Positions 21,627 through 30,530 of a stretch of DNA of 64,000 nucleotides are shown here, piece after piece. The notes beneath the pieces were generated by a model. The model saw only the letters and a list, made by a program, of their open reading frames with translations. It ran no database searches and had not been told where the DNA came from. The position numbers and the translations under genes are program-made. The DNA comes from an uncultured Alphaproteobacteria bacterium (GTDB taxonomy: Bacteria; Pseudomonadota; Alphaproteobacteria; Rhizobiales; Aestuariivirgaceae). How positions within the stretch are numbered: the stretch's first letter is position 1; every line of letters starts with the position of its first letter. The DNA lies in the NCBI GenBank assembly GCA_963810045.1, contig CAWELV010000013.1, positions 74,939-138,938 of the forward strand, written 5' to 3'.

Positions 21627-21729
21627 AAAATGAGTCCCGCCACCTTGCGATGGCGGGACTCTTTAATTATCGGCCAAGGGGGGACTTGTAAAAAACCAAT
21701 AATTAATGCCGGTCGTCAGATACGCGGCA
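21627..21729 (-). ncRNA. Candidate EcfG-dependent sRNA with C-rich loop
   Basis: Three hairpins (5' hairpin; 13-bp stem with loop UUUUACAAGUCCCCCCUU; terminator) downstream of GGAAC-N16-AGTT; no minus-strand ORF in the track here. Confidence 0.6.
21632..21661. terminator. Rho-independent terminator hairpin
   Basis: GAGTCCCGCCA-N8-TGGCGGGACTC perfect 11-bp stem; T-rich flanks on both strands. Confidence 0.8.
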
Positions 21730-21736
21730 CTTAGGA

Positions 21737-21761
21737 AACTGCGGGCGGTGAAAATAGTTCC
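21737..21761 (-). promoter_or_regulatory. EcfG/sigmaT-type promoter for the candidate sRNA
   Basis: GGAAC-N16-AGTT on minus strand. Confidence 0.55.
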
Positions 21762-21850
21762 CGGCCCCAGGGCTCAAATTAACAAAAATGTGACGATCAT
21801 CAGGAGAGGAATGGCTTCGGGCACTTCAACATCTCCGTCGGCGGTTTGCG

Positions 21851-22289
21851 CTAATCAATGCGCACGAAGTGGTTGCTCTTGCACAAAATGCCGGCAACGC
21901 AGCCCTGGACCTTCAGCGTATCGCCGTCGATCTTGATGCTGGCGCTGTAGGTATTTCCATCATCGGGATTGTAGATGGCGCCCTGCCATTTATCCTCGCC
22001 CGCCGGTTTCATGCCGATGAGAACGCCAAGCCCGATGAGCGGGCGCTTGCGCTTTGAGGCATCGGGATTCTCGCGATCAACCTTCGGCTTGCCGTCGATC
22101 TTGCTGATCGGCTCCTTGAGGGCCACAATGGTGCCGCAAAGCTTGCCGCCGCAATCGGTAACCCTTATCGACACCTTGCCCATCGACCAGGTTCCGTAGG
22201 GTTCGCCAAGCCGCGGCGAGGGCCTGGCCCAGCGGCACGGCCGCCACCATTGTGGCTGCCAAAAAACCCAGTCGCATCATCTTCAGCAT
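21851..22289 (-). CDS. DUF2147 domain exported protein (frameshift near 22205)
   Basis: Signal peptide; GTW..VRVTDCGGKLCGTIV..DRENPD..RPLIGL..WQGAIYNPDDGNTY..LKVQGCV. Confidence 0.88.
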
Positions 22290-22329
22290 GACGTCTCCAT
22301 GAATTACAAAAAGGCCGTGGTGTCCCCTA

Positions 22330-22354
22330 AACGCAGGAAAGCCCCATTGGTTCC
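22330..22354 (-). promoter_or_regulatory. EcfG/sigmaT-type promoter
   Basis: Exact GGAAC-N16-CGTT about 40 nt upstream of the DUF2147 start. Confidence 0.7.
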
Positions 22355-22387
22355 GGGCCTCGCGTCCTCTATGTATTGTGCAAGATT

Positions 22388-22690
22388 TTATTGCGCAAGA
22401 AAATTCCGAATCTCCGCAAGAAAGCGGTTCCATGAAGGGTCGCCTTCCAGAATAACATGATTGCGCCCTTCCAGTGCAACGAAGCGGGCGCCGGGAATGC
22501 CCGCAGCGAGACGCCTGCCTTCCTCAAAAGGCTCCACGGTATCATCGCGGCAATGCATCACCAGCGTTGGAACGCTCACACGCGACAGCATGTGGGAGAT
22601 GTCGATGCCGTTGACTGCGTGGCGCAGGCGCACGGCATTTTCGGCGAGATGCCACGGCGCATATTTTCGTGGGCATTATTCCTGGAAGAG
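22388..22690 (-). pseudogene. C-terminal remnant of an alpha/beta hydrolase
   Basis: IDISHMLSRVSVPTLVMHCRDD..FEEGRRLAAGIPGARFVALEGRNH..FLAEIRNFL; N-terminal part with the nucleophile is absent. Confidence 0.7.
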
Positions 22691-22911
22691 CGTGATTGAT
22701 CAGTTTCTTCGGCGACGATTACCGCCGCTATAAAGTCCGCGTGTCGATGCTCATTCTCTGGCACAGGTCGGCGTGAAAGGGCGGCAACGCTTTGTTATGG
22801 TAAATAAATTTTGCAGGCTTTTTATTAAATTGTAAGCATCCGGCTTAAGCGGTTTGCAAGCCGCTTGGGATATCTCCTCCGCGTCAATTACGACGAAAGG
22901 GGAGATTTGTC

Positions 22912-23517
22912 ATGAATGGTAAGATCCTTGCTTTGTTGTTGAGTGTTGCGCTGACAGTTGCCTCGGGTGCCGCACAGGCCCGCAACGATTCCAAGTTTAG
23001 AGCGTCGGCAGAAGCGGTGGCAGAGGCCCAAAACAATCCGGTCCTGCCACCGGTCGTCGACCGCGACGTCGTCACGACGCTTGCCGCATGGACGCACACG
23101 TTCAAAACCATGTTTGACCCGCGCACCGTGGCAAAGAGCTGCCTGGCCCGGGCAGTCTATTTCGAGGCCCGCTCGGAATCGGAGCTGGGGCAGCTGGCGG
23201 TGGCCACGGTTATTCTCAATCGGGCGAAGGCTACGAACTATCCATCCTCCATCTGCGGCGTGGTCTACCAGGGGGCGAGCCGCCGGAACGCCTGCCAGTT
23301 TTCCTTTGCCTGCGACGGCCAATCGGATCTGCCGCAATACGGCCGCGCCTGGGAAGCAGCTCTTGCGGTGACCTCAATGGCACTTGCCGATGACGCGCCG
23401 ATGCGGAGCGTTGCCGCCGCCACCCATTATCATGCAGATTATGTTGACCCGGTCTGGTCCAAGTCGCTGCACCGCCTGACCAAAATCGGACGTCACATCT
23501 TCTATTCGCAGGGCTAG
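22912..23517 (+). CDS. Cell wall hydrolase (SleB/CwlJ, Hydrolase_2 family)
   Basis: CLARAVYFEARSE..GQLAVATVILNR..YPSSICGVVYQ..CQFSFACDG..ATHYHADYV..IGRHIFY. Confidence 0.92.
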   Translation: MNGKILALLLSVALTVASGAAQARNDSKFRASAEAVAEAQNNPVLPPVVDRDVVTTLAAWTHTFKTMFDPRTVAKSCLARAVYFEARSESELGQLAVATVILNRAKATNYPSSICGVVYQGASRRNACQFSFACDGQSDLPQYGRAWEAALAVTSMALADDAPMRSVAAATHYHADYVDPVWSKSLHRLTKIGRHIFYSQG

Positions 23518-23586
23518 TTAAGCCAGGGTTGCTTCACGGCACGTCGGGTGCGATCATCGCCAAGGATCGTAAAAGGGGTCTTGGCC

Positions 23587-24582
23587 ATGGATGATTCTAG
23601 ATTTGGAAACGAAGATTCCCGGGGGTTCTGGACGCCGAAGAAACCCGTGAGCTATGGGCCGGCCTTTGACTGGCCGCCGCGTCCCACGGGCCCTTTTCAA
23701 GTGGTTTTTTGGATTTCCCGGCTATCTGCTGGCCGTGGAACGTTTTGTATGCCGTCGCCGCAATCCTGATCTGGATGTTTCTGACGCCCTCGCTGGAAAC
23801 CCTGAAGACTTTTTCATTCACTGGGCGGGCCTGATCCTGCTCCGCAACATCGTTCTGGCCATCCTGGTCTACGGCGCATGGCACCTGTGGCTCTATGTCT
23901 GGCGCAAGCAGGGCACCAGCCTTCAAATACAACCGGCAATGGCCGAAGAAGAGTCCGCGGCCTTTCTGTTCAACAACCAGACCTACGACAACATGTTCTA
24001 CACGCTGGTGAGCGGCGTGCCGATATGGACCGCCTATGAAGTGCTGCTGCTCTGGGCCTACGCCAACAACATCGCGCCGATGATCAGCTTTCGCGGAACA
24101 TCCGGTTGGCTTCATCGCGCTGTTCTTCCTGGTGCCCTTTATCCACGAGGTGGGATTCTATTTCGCGCACCGCCTGCTGCATTGGCCGCCGCTCTATCGA
24201 GGTGGCGCACAAGCTGCATCACCGCAACACCAATCCGGGGCCCTGGTCGGGCCTTTCCATGCACCCGATCGAGCATGTGATCTATTTCTCCCCGATCCTG
24301 CTGTTCTTCCTCATCCCGTCCCATCCCATCCACATGATCAATCTTGCCTCGCGGCTGGGCCTGGCGCCGGCGCAAGGGCATACGGGATTTGACCGGGTGG
24401 TCGTGGGCGAGGAGGCGAGCATGGACACCTCCTACTTTGCCCACTACCTGCATCACAAATATTTCGAGGTGAATTATTCCGATGGCATGGTGCCGCTCGA
24501 TAAGTGGTTCGGCTCGTTCCATGACGGAACGCCGGAAGCCAACGAAGCCATGAAAGCAAGGCGCCTCAGGCGCGGTGTTTGA
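23587..24582 (+). CDS. Sterol desaturase/fatty acid hydroxylase family protein (several frameshifts)
   Basis: His boxes HRLLH, HKLHH, HYLHH; PWSGLSMHPIEH. Confidence 0.85.
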
Positions 24583-24689
24583 GGGGCCTAGGGTGAGAAT
24601 ACTTTCTCAAGCAATCGAAGCGTGGATGATGACCGCTCATCGAAAAAAGCTGAACCAATGGTGACTTCTACGTTCGCCTAGATCATTGT

Positions 24690-25298
24690 TTGCGGAGAGA
24701 GATGATAAGCAGGCGTTTTGATTTTTTGCGCGCGCCGGGCGATTTGCACAACCCTGCAGAGGCCGCAATTTTTGTTATTGGCAGTTTCATTATCTATGGT
24801 TTGTTGGCTTCACTGCCATTTTTCATTTTCTTTACACAAATGCGTTCTCTGGCCATTGGCTACTTCTTGACATTCCTCGCTATGCTGGCAACTGAAACAT
24901 TTGGCGTTCGCCGAAAAATCTATCCTCTAAAACGCTTTCAGGTATTGGGGGCCAGGTTGATTCTGATACCATTTGTTGCTGCAGCGATATGGCAGTTCTC
25001 GGGTCCGGTTCTCAAAACAAACGGTGACCTCAAAACACTCGCTTTGGCAAATATACTTTCAATCATTGCGCTAAATTGTCTTTTGCATGCATGGCGCCAG
25101 CAGAGCATGGGGCCTTACCACAATTGGGATTCCAGACTCTATCGAACACGGCAATACGCAAAGTGGGCATGGGCTGACGTAAAAAAAGATTTCGTAAGCG
25201 GCAACGGGCTCTTGGCAAGACAAATGCGCTGGTATTTCGGGTTGGCGATAATTATCACATTGTTTGGCATAGCTAGGTTTGGCTTTGGGTTGTTTTAA
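24690..25298 (+). CDS. Hypothetical membrane protein, AT-rich
   Basis: 202-aa ORF with about 5 hydrophobic segments; visibly lower GC than the flanks; start uncertain. Confidence 0.55.
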   Translation: MRREMISRRFDFLRAPGDLHNPAEAAIFVIGSFIIYGLLASLPFFIFFTQMRSLAIGYFLTFLAMLATETFGVRRKIYPLKRFQVLGARLILIPFVAAAIWQFSGPVLKTNGDLKTLALANILSIIALNCLLHAWRQQSMGPYHNWDSRLYRTRQYAKWAWADVKKDFVSGNGLLARQMRWYFGLAIIITLFGIARFGFGLF

Positions 25299-25398
25299 GC
25301 GCGCCAAGTTCGAAAAAGGACGAATTGCCCTGAAGTTTATTTTTGACGCGTTCATTTAGATTATTTGATTTGCGTTATTGAGAACCGCGATCCGCCCC

Positions 25399-25995
25399 AT
25401 GACCCTCGAACAAACCCTCCCCTTTCTCATCTTCTCGCTGGTTGCGGCGATCACGCCGGGGCCGAGCAATGTGATGATCACGGCCACCGGGTCGGCGGCG
25501 GGAATCGTCCGCGGCTTGCCGTGCGTAGTGGGCGCTGCCGCAGGCATGGCGGCGCTGCTGTTCACCGCGGCGCTGGGCCTTGGCCAACTAATAATTGGCC
25601 ATCCGGAAATCCTGCGCGTCATGAACTGGTGCGGGGCGGCTTTCCTGCTTTGGCTTGCCTGGAAGATTGCCAATGCGGGCCGCGCCGGCGAGGCCGGGTC
25701 AACACGGCCGGTGGGATTTTTCGGTGCGGCGTTCTTTCAATGGATCAACCCGAAGGGCTGGCTGGTGGCCATCGGTGCAGCCGGGACTTATCTGCGGCCT
25801 GATACGGGTAGTCAGTTGCTGCAGGCCGTGGTGTTTGCCGGATTGTTCTTCAGCGTGGCACTTCCGAGCGGCTTCGTCTGGCTGGTGCTCGGCGCCGCCA
25901 TGCAAGGCCTGCTCCACGATGAGCGCTCGGCGCGAATATTCAACAGTGTCATGGCGCTGGCCCTTGCCGCCTCAGTGGTGATGATCTTCTGGTAG
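25399..25995 (+). CDS. LysE family translocator
   Basis: AAITPGPSNVMI, GAAFLLWLAWKIA, FQWINPKGW. Confidence 0.9.
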   Translation: MTLEQTLPFLIFSLVAAITPGPSNVMITATGSAAGIVRGLPCVVGAAAGMAALLFTAALGLGQLIIGHPEILRVMNWCGAAFLLWLAWKIANAGRAGEAGSTRPVGFFGAAFFQWINPKGWLVAIGAAGTYLRPDTGSQLLQAVVFAGLFFSVALPSGFVWLVLGAAMQGLLHDERSARIFNSVMALALAASVVMIFW

Positions 25996-26001
25996 GCGGC
26001 T

Positions 26002-26496
26002 TTAGCGGCGCACGAAGGCAAAGTTCGAGGTGCTGCGGCTTTTTCCGTCGACCTCGTCATTAACCGTCTGGGCGAAGGAATTTGGCCCGGTACGCCGGAG
26101 CACCATCTTGGCCGTCCGGTCGCCATTCACCAGTCCGCCCCATTTAATGTTCATCACCAGGCGGTCGCCGTGAAGAGTTCCGTCAAGCTTGGCGGGACCG
26201 GTCTTTGAACCGGTATAGGTGCCGACATACCTGTTACCGCCGGCATTCTTGATCGATAACCCCAGCGCCCGCTGGAAAACCAGCATGCCACAGCTGCCTT
26301 TCATGGCAACCTGGGTTTCCGCGCTGCTGATCGCCACCCGGCAATTGGCTGAAATCTCGCCATACTTGGACAGATAGGCCTTGCCCGAACCGGACCAGCT
26401 TCCGGAAAGATTGTCGAAAAAGGTCTTCGGAGCAGCGTGGGCTGTCGAAATCAAAAGGGCGCTGGAAAGCACGGTGGCAAGAAAGACGTATTTCAT
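26002..26496 (-). CDS. Conserved hypothetical exported protein
   Basis: Signal peptide (AHA), FFDNLSGSWSGSG, Cys pair, beta-rich pattern. Confidence 0.7.
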   Translation of the reverse strand: MKYVFLATVLSSALLISTAHAAPKTFFDNLSGSWSGSGKAYLSKYGEISANCRVAISSAETQVAMKGSCGMLVFQRALGLSIKNAGGNRYVGTYTGSKTGPAKLDGTLHGDRLVMNIKWGGLVNGDRTAKMVLRRTGPNSFAQTVNDEVDGKSRSTSNFAFVRR

Positions 26497-26661
26497 GGCT
26501 GATTACTCTCGTGAAAATTTAACGCCTCGCCGCGCAGTGTTCGGTCGCGAGCAGAGAAACATGATCCGGCTCCTAAGGGCAGATCATGGCAGTTTGTTGA
26601 CAATGGCTCAAATTGCTTTGTCCACAAAAAATTCGATAAAAATGTCGTGGATTTAACGCGG

Positions 26662-26694
26662 GTAGGAATTTATCGCTTGACACTATATTCCTAC
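26662..26694. promoter_or_regulatory. Inverted repeat GTAGGAAT-N17-ATTCCTAC enclosing a TTGACA -35 element
   Basis: Arms at 26662-26669 and 26687-26694; TTGACA at 26677-26682. Confidence 0.55.
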
Positions 26695-26706
26695 TATGCC
26701 ATTTGT

Positions 26707-26721
26707 GTTCCTGTTATGTTC
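26707..26721 (+). promoter_or_regulatory. Alphaproteobacterial LexA (SOS) box GTTC-N7-GTTC
   Basis: GTTCctgttatGTTC exact match, between the -35 and the start codon. Confidence 0.8.
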
Positions 26722-26749
26722 TTATGCTGGATTAGGACATGGATGACTG

Positions 26750-27451
26750 ATGGACTGGGACTTGGCCATCAAACGCAACAGCGAAGCGCTCAAGGGCATC
26801 ATTGCGGGCCTTTTCGCCATGCTGGGGCTTGCCGGCGGCATCACGGTGGCGCGGATTCCGCAGTCCCTCCACAGCGCCGTGCGGCGCGTGCTCTGGCCCG
26901 CCGAATCCGCCGTGCGGCGCCTTATCGTCATCGCGGCACGCGGCCTTGTGGTGAAGCTTGCTCCCTCGCGTCCGGGCCTGCGTCCCAAGCCGGCGGGAAA
27001 ATCGGGAAGGGCGGCGGAAGCGGGCGTTCCTCCTTCCAGCTCTTCGATACGCGGAAAAACTTCCGCACCACACCGCAGAAAGTTCATGCGCAATCCCCCG
27101 CGCATCCATTTCTTCCCGAGAAGTGATCCCACGGTGGCATCCCTGTGGGCAGCGCCCCTGCCCGTCGCCGTCGATCCCCCTCCGCCGCCCTCCGATGGCC
27201 TGGTCAATGCCGAGCCCCTCACCCGGAGGCTCCAGGCCCTCAAGTCGGCACTCGATGATCTGCCGCGCCAGGCCCGGCGTATGGCCCGCTGGCGGGCAAG
27301 GCGCGAGAACATGCCAAGCCCGAAGTTCAGATCACCGCTCCGGCCAGGCCGTCCGCCCGGCCACCGCAGGAAGCCCATTCACCTGGTCGATGAGGTGCTC
27401 ATCGAATGCCATGGGCTTGCCTGGGACGCGCTGAAGCCCGACACATCCTGA
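26750..27451 (+). CDS. Uncharacterised Pro/Arg-rich protein, predicted SOS-inducible
   Basis: 233-aa ORF; helical N-terminus (PAESAVRRLIVIAAR), C-terminal RPGRPPG..VDEVLIECHGLA; possibly two compensating indels around 26995-27065. Confidence 0.75.
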   Translation: MDWDLAIKRNSEALKGIIAGLFAMLGLAGGITVARIPQSLHSAVRRVLWPAESAVRRLIVIAARGLVVKLAPSRPGLRPKPAGKSGRAAEAGVPPSSSSIRGKTSAPHRRKFMRNPPRIHFFPRSDPTVASLWAAPLPVAVDPPPPPSDGLVNAEPLTRRLQALKSALDDLPRQARRMARWRARRENMPSPKFRSPLRPGRPPGHRRKPIHLVDEVLIECHGLAWDALKPDTS

Positions 27452-27550
27452 AGCGCAGTTCACCTCAAAAATCGTCCGTCTACGGACTAATGCGGTAACG
27501 GCATTACCGTTTCCACCAAGGGCGAAGCTATGCCCAACGCTCATTGACAA

Positions 27551-27668
27551 GTGAATCGCACTTTATCCTCGCCCCAATGCAATTGGGGGGAAGTGGTGAG
27601 GGCGAGGTCATGATTCATTCCCGAAGGTCCCCCATTCCGCCTGCCCCTGACGGCGTGGCGGTTTCTTT
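27551..27668. repeat. GC-rich palindromic intergenic element (REP/RIME-like or sRNA)
   Basis: Nested stems GTGAATCG/TGATTCAT, CCTCGCCC/GGGCGAGG and CCCCAAT/ATTGGGG, then CCGCC..GGCGG followed by TTTCTTT. Confidence 0.4.
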
Positions 27669-27866
27669 GGGTAGGGAAGCCGGTAAAATTCACGTTTGAT
27701 TAACCAACGGATTGAAGTCGGCCCTTTCAAGGTTACCGTTAATTAGTAATAAAATTTTCTGCGGCAGTGTCGAGCCAAAGGGAGCGGGCTCGCAGAAGCC
27801 TTCTGTCTTGGCACGTTGGCCGGGAACGGTTCTCGCGCCTTTGTTGCCAGGGACGGAAAATATCCA

Positions 27867-30446
27867 ATGCACAGCGATCCCGCCGAACAGGAAAGGCTCC
27901 GCCGGCTGGAGCAATACAGGATATCGCGGACGCCGCAGGAAGCGGCATTTGACGACATCACCAAATTGTTGGCGGACCTGCTCAGCGCTCCGATAGCCTT
28001 TCTCTGCACGACTGAAGCGAAATCCAACTGGTTCAAATCCCGCATTGGGATTGATCTGGACGAAGTTCCCCGGTCCATCAGTTTTTGCGACCATACCTTG
28101 AAGCATAGGGGCGTCATGGTTGTATCCGATGCGACGCGCGATAAGAGGTTTGCGGACAGCCCCATGGTGACGGGACCGCATCATATCCGGTTCTATGCCG
28201 GCGTTACTCTCAGGGATGCCGACGGTTTTGCCTTGGGGACACTGGCTGTCGCTGACACGGTGCCGCGTGTGATCACGGAGCAGCAGAAGGATTCGCTCTT
28301 AAGGTTGGCAAGCATGGCCCTTGATCGCATGGAGCTCAGGAAAGTCAGCATTGAACTCCGCGAAGCCGTGGCCACTACCGAAGTGGCGCGGCAGCACGCC
28401 GTCTCCGACAACGCCGAGCTCCGGCAGGTTATTGATTGCCTGCCGCAAGGCATTGTCCTCATGGACGCACAAAACAATTTCGTTCTCTGGAACAAGAATT
28501 ACGAGAACATGTTTCCCGATATGGCAGAGCATTTCAAGCCGGGCATAAACTATGAGGCAATACTTCGCAAAGCCCTGCGGAATGACCGTTACTACAAGCC
28601 TATGGATGCGTCGGCTGAGGACATATGGATCAAGAATCGGGTAGACCACTTCAACCGGAATGCCGCAATTGTCCAGCAGAACCCCGGCGATGGCCGCTGG
28701 ATCCGCTATGACCAGCATCAGACCGCTGACGGGAAAAAGGTCTGCGTGAGAACCGACATAACCGACGACAAGAATGCGGCCGACTCTTTCCGGCTGCTCT
28801 TCGAGAACAACCCGGTTCCGATGTGGGTCGTTGAAAAAACAACCCTGAAATTCATCGATATCAACGCCGCCGCCATTGAACTCTATGGCTATACGCGCGA
28901 GCAGTTCCTGAACATGACTTCGCTCGAGATACGTCCGCCGAGCGAATATCAAAGGGCGCTGGACGACGCCAAAACCAACTTTCGCTTCGACAGCGGCGAA
29001 AAGGATTGGCTGCACATCAAGGCCGATGGAACCGAGATTCTGGTCAGCAGTTACGCCAAGCCCATCAAATACAACGGCACGGACGCCGCCATCGTTGCTG
29101 TCTTTGACGTCACCGAACGCCGCAAGCAGGATGCGCGAATCCAATACATGGCCGAACATGACGTGCTGACTGGCCTTCCCAACCGCAGGCTTTTCCTTGA
29201 CCTGCTCGCGGGCCAGCTTTCCAAAAAGACGCAGAACCTCCACTACACGGCGATTATCCTCATCGATATCGACGACTTCAAGGGCGTCAATGACACCCTT
29301 GGACACCAGGTGGGCGATGAGCTCATTGTTGCGGTGGCCAACCGGCTGGAAGAAATTATTGGCGACCGGGGCGTTGTTGCCCGACTGGGTGGCGATGAGT
29401 TCGCCATTTTGCTTCCGATGCTGACCGAAGTTGGGGCCGCCGAAGCTGCCGCGACCGAATTGGTGAACGCCTTCAGTGATCCTCTCAAGATCGGTAGTTA
29501 CGACCTTCTGGCTGGCGTAAGTGCCGGGGTCAGTTTCAGCATGGACGACTCTGTTGATTCTTCAACCCTGCTGAGGAATGCCGACCTGGCTCTATACAGG
29601 GCAAAAACCGACGGCCGCGGCGTATGCAGGGTCTATGAACCGCAGATGTCGCTGCAGGTCATGCTGCGCCGCGAGGTGGAACGCGATCTTCGCCAGGCCT
29701 TGGCCAGGGACCAACTCGTGATTCACTATCAGCCGCTGTTGGAGCTCGAGAGCTGCACTGAAGTTGGGTTCGAAGCACTGCTGCGTTGGAACCATCCTGA
29801 AAAGGGCATGATTTCACCGGCCACCTTCATTCCAATTGCAGAATCAAGCGGCATGATCGTGCCCATTGGAAACTGGGTGCTCGAACAATCCTGCAAGCTG
29901 GCAACTACCTGGCAGAAAAATCTCTCGGTCGCGGTCAACATATCTCCCGCCCAGTTCAAATCCGGCAAGCTTGTTGAAGTGGTTTCTGCCGCGCTTAAAA
30001 AAAATGGCCTTGCCGCCCATCGGCTTGAATTGGAGATCACCGAGTCACTCCTGCTGGAAAAATCCTCCGAGACGCTCGAAGTTCTAAAGAGCCTGAAGGA
30101 ACTTGGCGTGTCCATTGCCCTGGATGACTTCGGCACAGGATACTCGGGGCTGGGATATCTCAACAGTTTTCCAATCGACAAGATCAAGATTGACCGGTCC
30201 TTCATCAAGGACCTCGGAACCAAGCCAAGGTCAAAGGAATTGGTCCGAGCCGCAATCAATATCGGTCATAGCCTGGGTCTCATGACGCTCGCCGAGGGCA
30301 TTGAGACGCGGGAACAGCTTGAAATCCTGCGCGCGCTGGGATGCCAGCATGGCCAGGGGTTCTTGTTCAGCCCCGGGATTCCGGCGAGCCAGATCAACGA
30401 TGCGCTGCTGCTCCACGGAAATCCCAATCACCGGGCGATTGCCTGA
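27867..30446 (+). CDS. GAF-PAS-PAS-GGDEF-EAL diguanylate cyclase/phosphodiesterase
   Basis: GAF (SFCDHT..IRFYAG), PAS repeats, HDVLTGLPNR, RLGGDEF, EALLRW, DDFGTGYS; intact frame. Confidence 0.95.
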   Translation: MHSDPAEQERLRRLEQYRISRTPQEAAFDDITKLLADLLSAPIAFLCTTEAKSNWFKSRIGIDLDEVPRSISFCDHTLKHRGVMVVSDATRDKRFADSPMVTGPHHIRFYAGVTLRDADGFALGTLAVADTVPRVITEQQKDSLLRLASMALDRMELRKVSIELREAVATTEVARQHAVSDNAELRQVIDCLPQGIVLMDAQNNFVLWNKNYENMFPDMAEHFKPGINYEAILRKALRNDRYYKPMDASAEDIWIKNRVDHFNRNAAIVQQNPGDGRWIRYDQHQTADGKKVCVRTDITDDKNAADSFRLLFENNPVPMWVVEKTTLKFIDINAAAIELYGYTREQFLNMTSLEIRPPSEYQRALDDAKTNFRFDSGEKDWLHIKADGTEILVSSYAKPIKYNGTDAAIVAVFDVTERRKQDARIQYMAEHDVLTGLPNRRLFLDLLAGQLSKKTQNLHYTAIILIDIDDFKGVNDTLGHQVGDELIVAVANRLEEIIGDRGVVARLGGDEFAILLPMLTEVGAAEAAATELVNAFSDPLKIGSYDLLAGVSAGVSFSMDDSVDSSTLLRNADLALYRAKTDGRGVCRVYEPQMSLQVMLRREVERDLRQALARDQLVIHYQPLLELESCTEVGFEALLRWNHPEKGMISPATFIPIAESSGMIVPIGNWVLEQSCKLATTWQKNLSVAVNISPAQFKSGKLVEVVSAALKKNGLAAHRLELEITESLLLEKSSETLEVLKSLKELGVSIALDDFGTGYSGLGYLNSFPIDKIKIDRSFIKDLGTKPRSKELVRAAINIGHSLGLMTLAEGIETREQLEILRALGCQHGQGFLFSPGIPASQINDALLLHGNPNHRAIA

Positions 30447-30530
30447 CGGGCCGCATGATCCCCGCTTGAATGACTTGCAAATCTTCCCGATCATGTTTTG
30501 AATGACTTTGAAGCCAATGGGAGCAGTCGG

